The translations under genes were made by a program, and so were the position numbers. The notes under the pieces are model-generated. The model did no database searches. It was not told the DNA's origin and saw only the letters and a list, made by a program, of their open reading frames with translations. A DNA stretch of 32,000 bases from Gemmata obscuriglobus (GTDB lineage Bacteria; Planctomycetota; Planctomycetia; Gemmatales; Gemmataceae). This document shows positions 9,941 to 18,236 of the stretch, piece after piece (the stretch's first letter is position 1; each line of letters begins with the position of its first letter). The stretch is from contig NZ_CP042911.1 of assembly GCF_008065095.1 (NCBI RefSeq), positions 2,190,001 to 2,222,000 on the forward strand. The letters run 5' to 3'.

Positions 9941-10611
9941 GGTCCTGCCTCGACCGGGGCGGCAACGTGTTGGAAACAGTAAGTACACTGGCTCACAAAC
10001 TCAAGCAGAAACGTGAAGAGTTTCATGAAGAATGTGTGATCCCCATACGGATTATATCGGCTTGAGTCTAGAATGCTACCTATCGTTTTTCGCACCTTCT
10101 GCGGCGCGGTGGCGGCTGGAATCGGTTCCTGTCCGAAAAGACGGAGCCATGAGCCAAATCGGATGTTGCCGCAATCGCCTCTGAAATAATCAGTCGTGGC
10201 ACGAACGCCGAACGGAACTCGAACCACGCGCTGTTCGCGCGGGGCGTTGTGCCGGTTCGTGTGTGCAATTCGTCGGTAGCGAGCCACACATCAAATAGCT
10301 CGCGAGCCGCCCGGGGCCACCGATCGCGCGGAGCAGGGCGGCTTCTTTGTCCGTTGTCCCTGCACCACTTACCGCCTGTTGCGGTTGCCCCGCGCGACTT
10401 TTTCGCCTGCACTCGAACATTCACGCGGGAGCGTAACGTTGAGATTCCTTTACCGTGTTCACAGCTATTTACGCTTTCGTTCCCTGCTATTGCGCGTGGC
10501 ATGAACTACGGTCCGAGCAGATTCGGGTGAGCGCCTGACGCCCCAATTTCCAGGGTTGCCGTCGCTGAGTAGTTTCAGCGGTCGGCGTCATCTCCAAACG
10601 CGATCAACAAC

Positions 10612-13600
10612 ATGAACTGGATCGACTCTCTCCGCTCCCGCCTCCGACTCGCGATCCGCCCCAACCGAAATGTCCTCCCGGCGCTCCGCCCACGCCTCGC
10701 ACTGACCTGCCTCGAAGACCGTGTGGTGCCCGCGACCCGCGTCTGGGACGGCGGCGGCAGCGCCGACAGCCTCTGGTCGACCGCCGCAAACTGGTCGACC
10801 GATGTCGCTCCCGTCGATAACGATGACCTGACATTCCCCACCAACGGCGTCAGATACAATCCGTTCAATGACTTCACGAACGCGACGTTCGGGACGATCG
10901 TGTTCGGCGACTACGGCTACAGCGTCGCAGGCAACCCGCTCAACCTGACGGGCGGGATCACGACCACTTATAGCGGAGCCGTGCCCTCGTCGCTCAACAC
11001 GGACATCACGCTACTCGCCGACGTGACCATGAGCATCAGCGGCGGCGGTTTCGGCCTCGGCGGGGCCGTCAGCGATGGCGCGGGGACGTTCGGCCTGACG
11101 AAGACCGGCGCCGGGACGCTGACCCTGTCCGGGACCAACACCTACGACGGCAGCACCACGATCAACGCGGGCGTGCTGCAGGTGGACGGGACGATCTCGA
11201 GCGCGGTGGTTCTTGCGGGGGGCACGCTGAGCGGTTCGGGCACGCTCAACGGTTCCGGGATCACGGCCTCGTCGGGCGCCGTCGATCCGGGAACAGTCGG
11301 CGGGACCGGGATCTTGACGTACGCGAACGCGACCGGGCTCGCCCTTGCGTCTGGCACGACGCTCCACATCGACCTCAACGGGTCGACCGTCGGAACGGGT
11401 TACGATCGACTGGCGCTCACCAACAGCTCCGCCCTCTTCAACCCGAACGGCGCGACCCTGGACGTTAGCCTCGGTTACCTGCCGACGGTGGGCACCAGCT
11501 TCCAGATCGTCTCGCAGACGTATGCGTCCCCGATTACCGGGCGGTTCAACGGCCTCAGCCAGTTTGCCAGCTTCACCTCCGGCCCGGTAACGTTTAGTAT
11601 CGGCTACTTCAATTCGGGCGTGGTCCTGACGGTCACGAACGTCACGATCCCGACCTTCACCTGGGACGGCGGCGACGCCGACGACAGCCTGTGGTCGTCG
11701 CCCGACAACTGGGTCGGCGACGTTGCGCCTTCGCAGCCCAGCCATCTTGTTTTCCCGACTGGCGCCCTGAGGCTCACGAACACCAACGACCTCGCCGCCG
11801 GTTCTCAGTTCTCTTCGCTGACCGTCGGGGATGCGGGTTACGCCCTGAGCGGCAACGCGATCAACCTGCTCGGTGGGCTGCAAACCACTTACGCTTCAGG
11901 GAACTCGACGGTCTCGCTGCCGCTCGCGTTGCAATCGTCGAGCACGTTTAACGTTGCCACCGGCGGCGCGCTCGACCTGTCCGGGGCAATCTCCGGAACC
12001 GGCTTCGGCGTCACCAAGACCGGCGGCGGTACGCTCCGCTATTCGGGCGCCGGCGCGAACACCTACACGGGCGCGACCACCGTCAACGACGGCCTGCTCG
12101 AGCTCAACAAGACGGCCGGCGTGAACGCGTTCGCGGGGGATCTGGTCGTCGGTGACAGTTCCGGCCCCGACGCCGTCACGCTCCTGGCATCGGACCAGAT
12201 CCCCGACGCCGCTTCTGTGACTCTGGCCACGGGTGCGACGCTCAACCTGAGCAACTTCGATGACGCCATCGGCGCCCTGAATCTCACCGGAGCCACGGTC
12301 GCCACCGGCACCGGGACCCTCACCCTGGGCGGGAACGTCACCACCAACTCCGACACGGTCACCTCCGTCATCTCGGGCAACCTGGACCTGGGCGGGGCGA
12401 CCCGCACCTTCACGGTGGCCAACAACGCCCAACTCGACCCCGACCTGAGCATCACGGCCAACATCAGCGGGACCGGCGCGGGGCTCATTAAGGCTGGTGC
12501 CAACAGTCAACTCCTGCTATCGGGGAACAACACCTACGACGGCATCACCACGATCACCGCGGGGGCCATCGAGATCGCCAGCGACAACGCTCTGGGCGCG
12601 GCGTCGGCCGGGACGGTCGTCAACAGCGGGTTCTCGCTGGCCCTGCTGGGCGGCATCACGGTGCCCGAGCCGATCACCATCAACGGGGTGGGGTTCGGCG
12701 GCCTGGGGGCGGTCTTCAACGGGAACGGCAACAACACCATCTCCGGCGCGCTCACGCTCGGGGCCAACAGCACCATCGGCTCCCTGAGCGGCACCCTGAC
12801 GTTCAGCGGCGCGATCAGCGACGGCGCCAGCAGCTACGCCCTCACCAAGGTCCAGTCGGGCACGGTGGCCTTCTCCAGTGCGAACACCTACGACGGCGGC
12901 ACGACCATCAGCGGCGGCGTGATCGCGATCAGCAACGGCGCGGCACTCGGCACGGGCCTGGTAACGGTCGGCAACACCGGGTCGCTGGACCTGAGTGGCG
13001 GGATCACGCTGACCAACGCCATCACTCTCAACGGCGTGCCTGTCACCAACCGGAGCAAGATCAACAGCGTCTCGGGAAACAACATCATTCAGGGCAACGT
13101 CGGGATCACCGGGGGCAACAACGTTGCCTTCGATGTGGCCGGCGGCACCGCGCTGACGGTCTCGGGGGCCATCAGCGGCTCCCCCGATTTCGACAAGAAC
13201 AGCACCGGGACGCTGGTCCTCACGGGCACGAGCACCCACACGGGCAACGTGAACGTCAACGACGGCACGCTGATCGTCAACGGTTCGCTCGCCACCAGCA
13301 ACGTGGTCTTCGTCGACGGCACCCTCGGGGGCACGGGCACGCTCCCCGCCGTGACGGTCTCAAGCATCGGTACGCTGGCGCCCGGCAACTCACCGGGCGC
13401 CCTGAATACGGGGGACCTCGCCTTCCAGAGCAGCGGCTCGACCTACGCCGTCGAACTCAATGGGTCGATCGCCGGCACCCAGTATGACCAGACCAACGTC
13501 ACCGGCACGGTGACCCTGGCCGGCGCGACACTCAGTCTGTCCATTGGTTACGCGCCCACCGTCGGGACCACGTTCGCCCTGATTAATAACGACGGCTCCG

Positions 13601-15834
13601 ACGCGGTCAGCGGCACGTTCGCCGGGTTGGCCGAGGGCGCCACGATCACCTCCGGTTCCGCGACTTACGCGATCAGCTACGTCGGGGGGGATGGCAACGA
13701 TGTGGTCCTGACTCTGGTGAGTCGGACCGGTACCTGGACCGGATTGGGTGGGGACGGCAACTGGTCCACCGCCGGGAACTGGGCCGGCGGGGTCGCCCCG
13801 GTCGCGGGCGACGACCTCGTGTTCCCCGCCGGGGCCGCCCGGACGACCAGCGTCAACGACTTCGTCGCCGGGACTAATTTTAAGTCGATCACGATCGACG
13901 GGGCCGGGTTCTCCTTCACCGGCAACGCGATTCAACTCGACAGCGGGGTGACCACGAGCTACGCGTCCGGCACCTCGACGATCGCCCTCGCCACGAACCT
14001 GACGGGTAACCAGACGTTCGACGTGGCCGCGGGCGGGACGCTGGCACTCTCGGGCGTGATTTCAGGCACGGCCGCCGTCACCAAGACCGGCGCCGGGGCG
14101 CTCCAACTCGGCGGGGCGAACACCTACAACGGTCCAACGATTGTCGCCGGCGGCGCCCTGCTCGTTGACGGGAGCATCGCCACGAGCGGCGCGGTGACGC
14201 TCGTCGTCGGAGCTACTCTGGGTGGCTCGGGCGCGCTCCCCGCGTTCTTGCTCGTCGGTGGGGGCACGGTCGCTCCCGGAAACCCGTCGGGCGCCCTTGC
14301 CTCGGGCAACGCCACGTTCGCCATCGGCTCGACCTTCGCTGTCGAACTCAACGGCACGACCGCGGGCGCCCAGTACGACCAGCTCAACGTCGCCGGCACG
14401 GTGAACCTGACCGGGGCGACGCTCGCGACCACGCTCGGCTTCACCCCGGCGGGCGGCGACACGTTCGTGCTCATCAGCAACGACAGCTCCGACGCGGTCG
14501 TCGGCACGTTCGCCGGGTTGAGCGAGGGCGGGACCTTCCTCCTTGGCGGCACCACGTTCCGGATCTCGTACGCCGGCGGCGACGGTAACGACGTGACCCT
14601 GACCGCCGTCCCCCTGCCGGTGCTGTCGGTCACCGGCGCGTCGGTGGCCGAGGGGAACAGCGGGACCACCGCGCTCACCTTCACCGTGACCCTGTCCGCG
14701 CCGAGCCTTCAAACCGTTACCGTCGCGTACGCCACGGCCGACGGCACGGCGACCGCAGGCACCGACTACACGGCCGCTTCCGGGACGCTAACGTTCGCGC
14801 CAGGGGAAACGACCAAAACCGTCACCGTTCTGGTGACCGGCGACACCGCGGCGGAAGCGGACGAGACGTTCCGCCTGGTGCTGTCGTCTCCTGTCGCCGC
14901 CGTAATCGCGGGCAACGGCACCGGGACCATCACCAACGACGACACCGCGACCCGGATCGTCCTCGGGCCGGTGGGCGGTATGGTGCAACAGCTCGACCCC
15001 GTGACCGGACAGCCGGGGGCGTCGGTGCCGGCCTACACCGGGTTCGCGGGCGAGGTCCGGGTCTCGTCCGGTGACGTGGACGGCGACGGCGTCGCCGACC
15101 TGATCACCGGTGCCGGGGCCGGCTCGATGGGCGGGCACGTCAAGGTGTTCGACGGGGCCACCGGCGCCCAGCGGTTCAGCTTCCTGTCGTTCGACGGCTT
15201 CGCTGGCGGCGTGTTCGTGGCGACGGGCGACGTGAACGGGGACGGGGTCGCCGACATCGTGGTGTCCGCCGACGCGGGCGCGGCCCCGCACGTCAAGGTG
15301 TTCAGCGGCGCGGACGGCTCGTTGTTGCGGAGCTTCCTCGCTTACGACGCCGGGTTCCGCGGCGGGGTGCGGGTGGCGGTCGGGGACGTGGACGGGGACG
15401 GGTTCGCCGACATCGTCACCGGCAACGGCGCGGGGGCCGCGGCCAACGTCAAGGTGTTCAGCGGCAAGGACGGGGCGCTGCTGAAGAGCTTCCTGGCTTA
15501 CGACGCCGGGTTCCGGGGCGGGATATATGTCGGGGCCGGGGACGTGACCGGGGACGGGTTGGCCGATGTCATCACCGGCAGCGGGGCCGGGGCGCCGGGC
15601 GGTCACGTGAAGGTGTTCAGCGGGCAGGGCTTCGCGCTCGAAAGGAGCTTCTTCGCGTTCGATCCGGGCTTCGTGGGCGGGGTGCGCGTGGGCACCGCGG
15701 TGGTGAACGGTGAAACGGTGGTCCTCGTGGGCTCCGGTCCGGGCACGCGGGGGCACTTCAAGGCCATCGGCGCCAACGAACTGCTCAGCATGTTCGCGGC
15801 CGGGTCCGATCTGGGCGGCGTGTACGTTGCGTGA
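10612..15834 (+). CDS. Giant secreted/surface protein (1740 aa) with autotransporter-associated beta-strand (PATR) repeats, one Calx-beta domain and C-terminal FG-GAP/VCBS repeats
   Basis: There are many copies of the G.L.K.G.GTL.LSG.NTY.G.T.I..G.L motif (e.g. GLTKTGAGTLTLSGTNTYDGSTTINAGVLQV). The Calx-beta-like segment is VSVTGASVAEGNSG...TVAYATADGTATAGTDYTAASGTLTFAPGETTKTVTV. Four clear GDV.GDG.AD repeats have about 50-aa spacing. Confidence 0.9.
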   Translation: MNWIDSLRSRLRLAIRPNRNVLPALRPRLALTCLEDRVVPATRVWDGGGSADSLWSTAANWSTDVAPVDNDDLTFPTNGVRYNPFNDFTNATFGTIVFGDYGYSVAGNPLNLTGGITTTYSGAVPSSLNTDITLLADVTMSISGGGFGLGGAVSDGAGTFGLTKTGAGTLTLSGTNTYDGSTTINAGVLQVDGTISSAVVLAGGTLSGSGTLNGSGITASSGAVDPGTVGGTGILTYANATGLALASGTTLHIDLNGSTVGTGYDRLALTNSSALFNPNGATLDVSLGYLPTVGTSFQIVSQTYASPITGRFNGLSQFASFTSGPVTFSIGYFNSGVVLTVTNVTIPTFTWDGGDADDSLWSSPDNWVGDVAPSQPSHLVFPTGALRLTNTNDLAAGSQFSSLTVGDAGYALSGNAINLLGGLQTTYASGNSTVSLPLALQSSSTFNVATGGALDLSGAISGTGFGVTKTGGGTLRYSGAGANTYTGATTVNDGLLELNKTAGVNAFAGDLVVGDSSGPDAVTLLASDQIPDAASVTLATGATLNLSNFDDAIGALNLTGATVATGTGTLTLGGNVTTNSDTVTSVISGNLDLGGATRTFTVANNAQLDPDLSITANISGTGAGLIKAGANSQLLLSGNNTYDGITTITAGAIEIASDNALGAASAGTVVNSGFSLALLGGITVPEPITINGVGFGGLGAVFNGNGNNTISGALTLGANSTIGSLSGTLTFSGAISDGASSYALTKVQSGTVAFSSANTYDGGTTISGGVIAISNGAALGTGLVTVGNTGSLDLSGGITLTNAITLNGVPVTNRSKINSVSGNNIIQGNVGITGGNNVAFDVAGGTALTVSGAISGSPDFDKNSTGTLVLTGTSTHTGNVNVNDGTLIVNGSLATSNVVFVDGTLGGTGTLPAVTVSSIGTLAPGNSPGALNTGDLAFQSSGSTYAVELNGSIAGTQYDQTNVTGTVTLAGATLSLSIGYAPTVGTTFALINNDGSDAVSGTFAGLAEGATITSGSATYAISYVGGDGNDVVLTLVSRTGTWTGLGGDGNWSTAGNWAGGVAPVAGDDLVFPAGAARTTSVNDFVAGTNFKSITIDGAGFSFTGNAIQLDSGVTTSYASGTSTIALATNLTGNQTFDVAAGGTLALSGVISGTAAVTKTGAGALQLGGANTYNGPTIVAGGALLVDGSIATSGAVTLVVGATLGGSGALPAFLLVGGGTVAPGNPSGALASGNATFAIGSTFAVELNGTTAGAQYDQLNVAGTVNLTGATLATTLGFTPAGGDTFVLISNDSSDAVVGTFAGLSEGGTFLLGGTTFRISYAGGDGNDVTLTAVPLPVLSVTGASVAEGNSGTTALTFTVTLSAPSLQTVTVAYATADGTATAGTDYTAASGTLTFAPGETTKTVTVLVTGDTAAEADETFRLVLSSPVAAVIAGNGTGTITNDDTATRIVLGPVGGMVQQLDPVTGQPGASVPAYTGFAGEVRVSSGDVDGDGVADLITGAGAGSMGGHVKVFDGATGAQRFSFLSFDGFAGGVFVATGDVNGDGVADIVVSADAGAAPHVKVFSGADGSLLRSFLAYDAGFRGGVRVAVGDVDGDGFADIVTGNGAGAAANVKVFSGKDGALLKSFLAYDAGFRGGIYVGAGDVTGDGLADVITGSGAGAPGGHVKVFSGQGFALERSFFAFDPGFVGGVRVGTAVVNGETVVLVGSGPGTRGHFKAIGANELLSMFAAGSDLGGVYVA
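10744..14610 (+). repeat. Three in-frame super-repeats inside the giant ORF (about 10744-11634, 11662-13719, 13735-14610)
   Basis: Each super-repeat opens with W(D/T)G.G.(D).(L)WS...NW...VAP...(L)(V/T)FP. Each closes with (Q)YD.(L/T).(V/L)....L.GATL...LG(Y/F).P..G..F.(L/I)(I/V)....(V/I).G.F.GL.........(F/Y).I.Y.....(V)(V/T)LT.V. Confidence 0.8.
15049..15831 (+). repeat. FG-GAP/VCBS-type repeat array (beta-propeller-like) at the C-terminus of the giant ORF
   Basis: The repeated unit is HVKVFSG.DG...SF.A.D.GF.GG..V..GDV.GDG.AD...G.GAGA. There are four strong copies plus degenerate flanking copies. Confidence 0.75.
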
Positions 15835-15840
15835 TACCGG

Positions 15841-15872
15841 GCGGCACAGAACTGGCGTCGCGGCGCGGGCGC
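15841..15872 (+). terminator. Intrinsic terminator candidate after the giant ORF
   Basis: 7-bp stem ACTGGCG / CGCCAGT (15841-15847 / 15860-15866) with a 12-nt loop, followed by GCTTTTC. It starts 7 nt after the stop. Confidence 0.45.
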
Positions 15873-15879
15873 CAGTGCT

Positions 15880-15902
15880 TTTCAGGGTGGGCCGCTCACG
15901 CC
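15880..15902. repeat. Palindromic element GGCCGCTCAC-GCC-GTGAGCGGCC (copy 1)
   Basis: Perfect 10-bp arms with a 3-nt spacer. It shares the core CCGCTCAC-N3-GTGAGCGG with 16008-16026. Confidence 0.8.
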
Positions 15903-16007
15903 GTGAGCGGCCGCTTCGCACATCGGATCGGATCCGCGGGCGGGTGGGTCCCACACCGCTTTGAACCGCCAGGACCTCACGCGAAGCCGGTCTGGCGTGC
16001 AGACCGA

Positions 16008-16026
16008 CCGCTCACGGAGTGAGCGG
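16008..16026. repeat. Palindromic element CCGCTCAC-GGA-GTGAGCGG (copy 2); possible terminator of the minus-strand oxidoreductase gene
   Basis: Perfect 8-bp arms with a 3-nt spacer. It lies about 35 nt downstream (minus strand) of the stop at 16062. Confidence 0.7.
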
Positions 16027-16061
16027 ACCACCCTCAACAACACACGCATTCCGCCCCGTTT

Positions 16062-17195
16062 TCACCACTTCGGGATCTCGACCCGGGTGCCGCCGGCCAT
16101 CGCGCTCTCGTGGGCGCAGATGCCGACCAGCGTCCAGTTCGCGCTGGTGGGGGCGTCCGGGAACGCGGGCTGGTTCCCGAGCACGGCCATCAGGAAGTTG
16201 TGGACCAGGTGCGGGTGGCTGCCGCCGTGCCCGCCGCCCTGCACGAAGCTCAGGTGCGTGGCGTCGTGGATCGCGCCGGTGAACTTGCGGATCGGGTCCG
16301 GGAGCCGGCCCGCGAAGTCGGGCACCTTCACCCGCCGCGGGATCTGGTGCTCGGGCAGTCCGCGCATGTGCAGCACCGGGTCCTCGCCCTCGACCTGCTG
16401 CCACTCGAAGCTGACGTTGCTGGCGGTCACGTCGAAGCTCTCGCGGTACTGGCGGGCGGTGTCGTACAGGCTCCGCGTCACCTCCGCGACCACGTCCGTG
16501 CCGCCGATCTTGAACGTCGCGCTCTCGACCGCGAACGGGGACCCGTAGATGGGGATGAACTCCTCGCGGATGCGGCCCGAGCCGTGGCACACCACGCTCT
16601 CGGCCAGCGCGACCTTGCCCTTCGCCGGGTCCGAGAGGATCGCAAGGCACGGGCTCACGCAGTGGGTGGCGTAGTGCATCGGCGGGAGGCCCGGCCAGTA
16701 GCCCGGCCAGCCGTCCATGTCCTGCTGGTGGCTGCCGCGGAGGAACTGGATGCGGCCCAGCACGCCGCGGTCGTACAGGTCCTTCGCGAACAGGTACTCG
16801 CGGGCGTACACCACCGTCTCCATCATCGTGTAGACCTTCTTGGTCTCACGCTGCAGCTCGATGATTTGCTTGATCTCGTCCTTCTTGGTCGCCATCGGCA
16901 CCGTGCAGGCGACGTGCTTGCCGGCCTTCAGCGCCGCGATGCTCTGCGCCCCGTGCTCCGGGATCGGGCTGTTGATGTGGACCGCGTCCACGTTCGGGTC
17001 CTTGAGCAGGTCCTCGTAGCTGGTGTAGCGGCGCTCCTTGGGGATGCCGAACTTGTCCCCGCAGGCGTCGAGTTCCGCGCGGTTGCGGCGGCAGATGGCG
17101 TACATCTCCGCGTCCGGGTGGGCCTGGTAGATGGGAATGAACTCGGACCCGAACCCGAGACCCACGATCGCGACGCGAACCTTCTTCTGGCTCAT
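16062..17195 (-). CDS. Gfo/Idh/MocA family NAD(P)-dependent oxidoreductase
   Basis: Start set at MSQKKVRVAIVGLGFGSEF (CAT at 17193-17195). An N-terminal Rossmann GxGxxG-type motif is followed by the family-typical ..VHINSPIPEH.. segment. Confidence 0.85.
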   Translation of the reverse strand: MSQKKVRVAIVGLGFGSEFIPIYQAHPDAEMYAICRRNRAELDACGDKFGIPKERRYTSYEDLLKDPNVDAVHINSPIPEHGAQSIAALKAGKHVACTVPMATKKDEIKQIIELQRETKKVYTMMETVVYAREYLFAKDLYDRGVLGRIQFLRGSHQQDMDGWPGYWPGLPPMHYATHCVSPCLAILSDPAKGKVALAESVVCHGSGRIREEFIPIYGSPFAVESATFKIGGTDVVAEVTRSLYDTARQYRESFDVTASNVSFEWQQVEGEDPVLHMRGLPEHQIPRRVKVPDFAGRLPDPIRKFTGAIHDATHLSFVQGGGHGGSHPHLVHNFLMAVLGNQPAFPDAPTSANWTLVGICAHESAMAGGTRVEIPKW

Positions 17196-17330
17196 GGAAG
17201 CCGTCCGACGAGTTAGAGGTGAAACTGCTTGCTTTAGAGGTTTACGATTGCGGGCGCGGACGGGCAATCGCGAAAGGGCCGCCAACGGGCGCCGCGGGCC
17301 GGCGTTGTTGTTCTACCCAGGAGGTCCCCG

Positions 17331-18155
17331 ATGACCCGACCCGCACTGCCGGCCGCGCTGGTCCTGCTCACCGTGTGGGGAGCGCCGGCATTCGGCGCCG
17401 CCGACACGAAACGGCTCGACCCGGAACCGGGCGAATTCTCGTGGAGCCACCTGAACCCGCCCGAGTTACAGTACGGGTGCGTTGGCAGCCTCGACGAGAA
17501 GGAAGAGGGGCTGGCGAAGGTACTCGAAAAGGGCGACGCCGACGAGCAACTGGCCGCCGCCCGCGCGCTGTGGAAGGGGCGGAGCCGGCGCCACGCCGCC
17601 GCGGTGCTGAAGTACCTGGCCGGACCGCCTCCCGGAGGCGCCGCGTTCCGCGCGTTCCGGGGTGCGGTCGAAGACGCGCTCCAACCGGCGGCGATCCTGC
17701 GCGAACTGCAGAAGGGCGATTATCTCTGGGGCACGTGGCTGGCGTTCCTGCGCCCGCACAAAGACCTCGTGCCGGTGTTGCTTCAGGGGCTCAAGGCGCA
17801 CCCCGACGAGCGCGCGGAAACGATGCTGGCTCTGGGGAGTTCCGGCGATCCGCGGGCGCTGGCCCCGCTGCTAGAATTGCTCGCTGGCAAGGACTACCGG
17901 GCGGCCGGCGAGGCCGCCCGGGCACTGGGCTACCTGGGCCTGGACGCCGCAGAACCGAAGCTCATTGAGGCACTCGCGGGCGGGAACCCCTGGCGGCAGG
18001 TGAACGCGAGCAACGCGCTCGCAACGCTGGGCAGCCGGAAGGCGCTACCCGCGCTGAAGAAGCTCGCCGAAAGTGATGACGACACGGGTGCGTTGAACGT
18101 CCGCGGGTGTGCCGCCCGGGCGGTCAAGAGGATCGAGCGCCGCACCCGGCCGTGA
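17331..18155 (+). CDS. Secreted HEAT-repeat (PBS-lyase HEAT-like) protein
   Basis: AGGAGG lies 6 nt upstream of the ATG. The N-terminus is signal-peptide-like (ALVLLTVWGAPAFGA). There are repeated ..A..ALG..GD.RA...L..L.. helical units. Confidence 0.6.
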   Translation: MTRPALPAALVLLTVWGAPAFGAADTKRLDPEPGEFSWSHLNPPELQYGCVGSLDEKEEGLAKVLEKGDADEQLAAARALWKGRSRRHAAAVLKYLAGPPPGGAAFRAFRGAVEDALQPAAILRELQKGDYLWGTWLAFLRPHKDLVPVLLQGLKAHPDERAETMLALGSSGDPRALAPLLELLAGKDYRAAGEAARALGYLGLDAAEPKLIEALAGGNPWRQVNASNALATLGSRKALPALKKLAESDDDTGALNVRGCAARAVKRIERRTRP

Positions 18156-18236
18156 ACCGCAACGGCCGCCGGGTGTAAAGCGCGGCAGATGCGACGAGTA
18201 TCTCCTTGCGTCGCCCGCCGCGTACGGAACACGCCC

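Noticed and set aside
9678-9965. N-terminal 96-codon extension of the retropepsin-like ORF (track start 9965)
   Set aside because: The extension is Arg/Gly/Pro-rich and overlaps the better-supported small ORF at 9683-9940 in another frame. An internal ATG at 9677 lies 5 nt after that ORF's stop, which gives a sensible operon layout.
10195-10235. tRNA-like T-arm sequence (GGAACTCGAACC, reverse complement GGTTCGAGTTCC)
   Set aside because: The flanking bases do not form the 5-bp T stem, and I could not build an acceptor, D or anticodon arm on either strand. I read it as a chance similarity.
9922-10287. 121-aa minus-strand ORF in the low-GC spacer
   Set aside because: It overlaps the start of the 9683-9940 gene and has no SD, motif or GC3 bias like the real genes. 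I cannot fully exclude a small gene, but the sequence gives no positive support.
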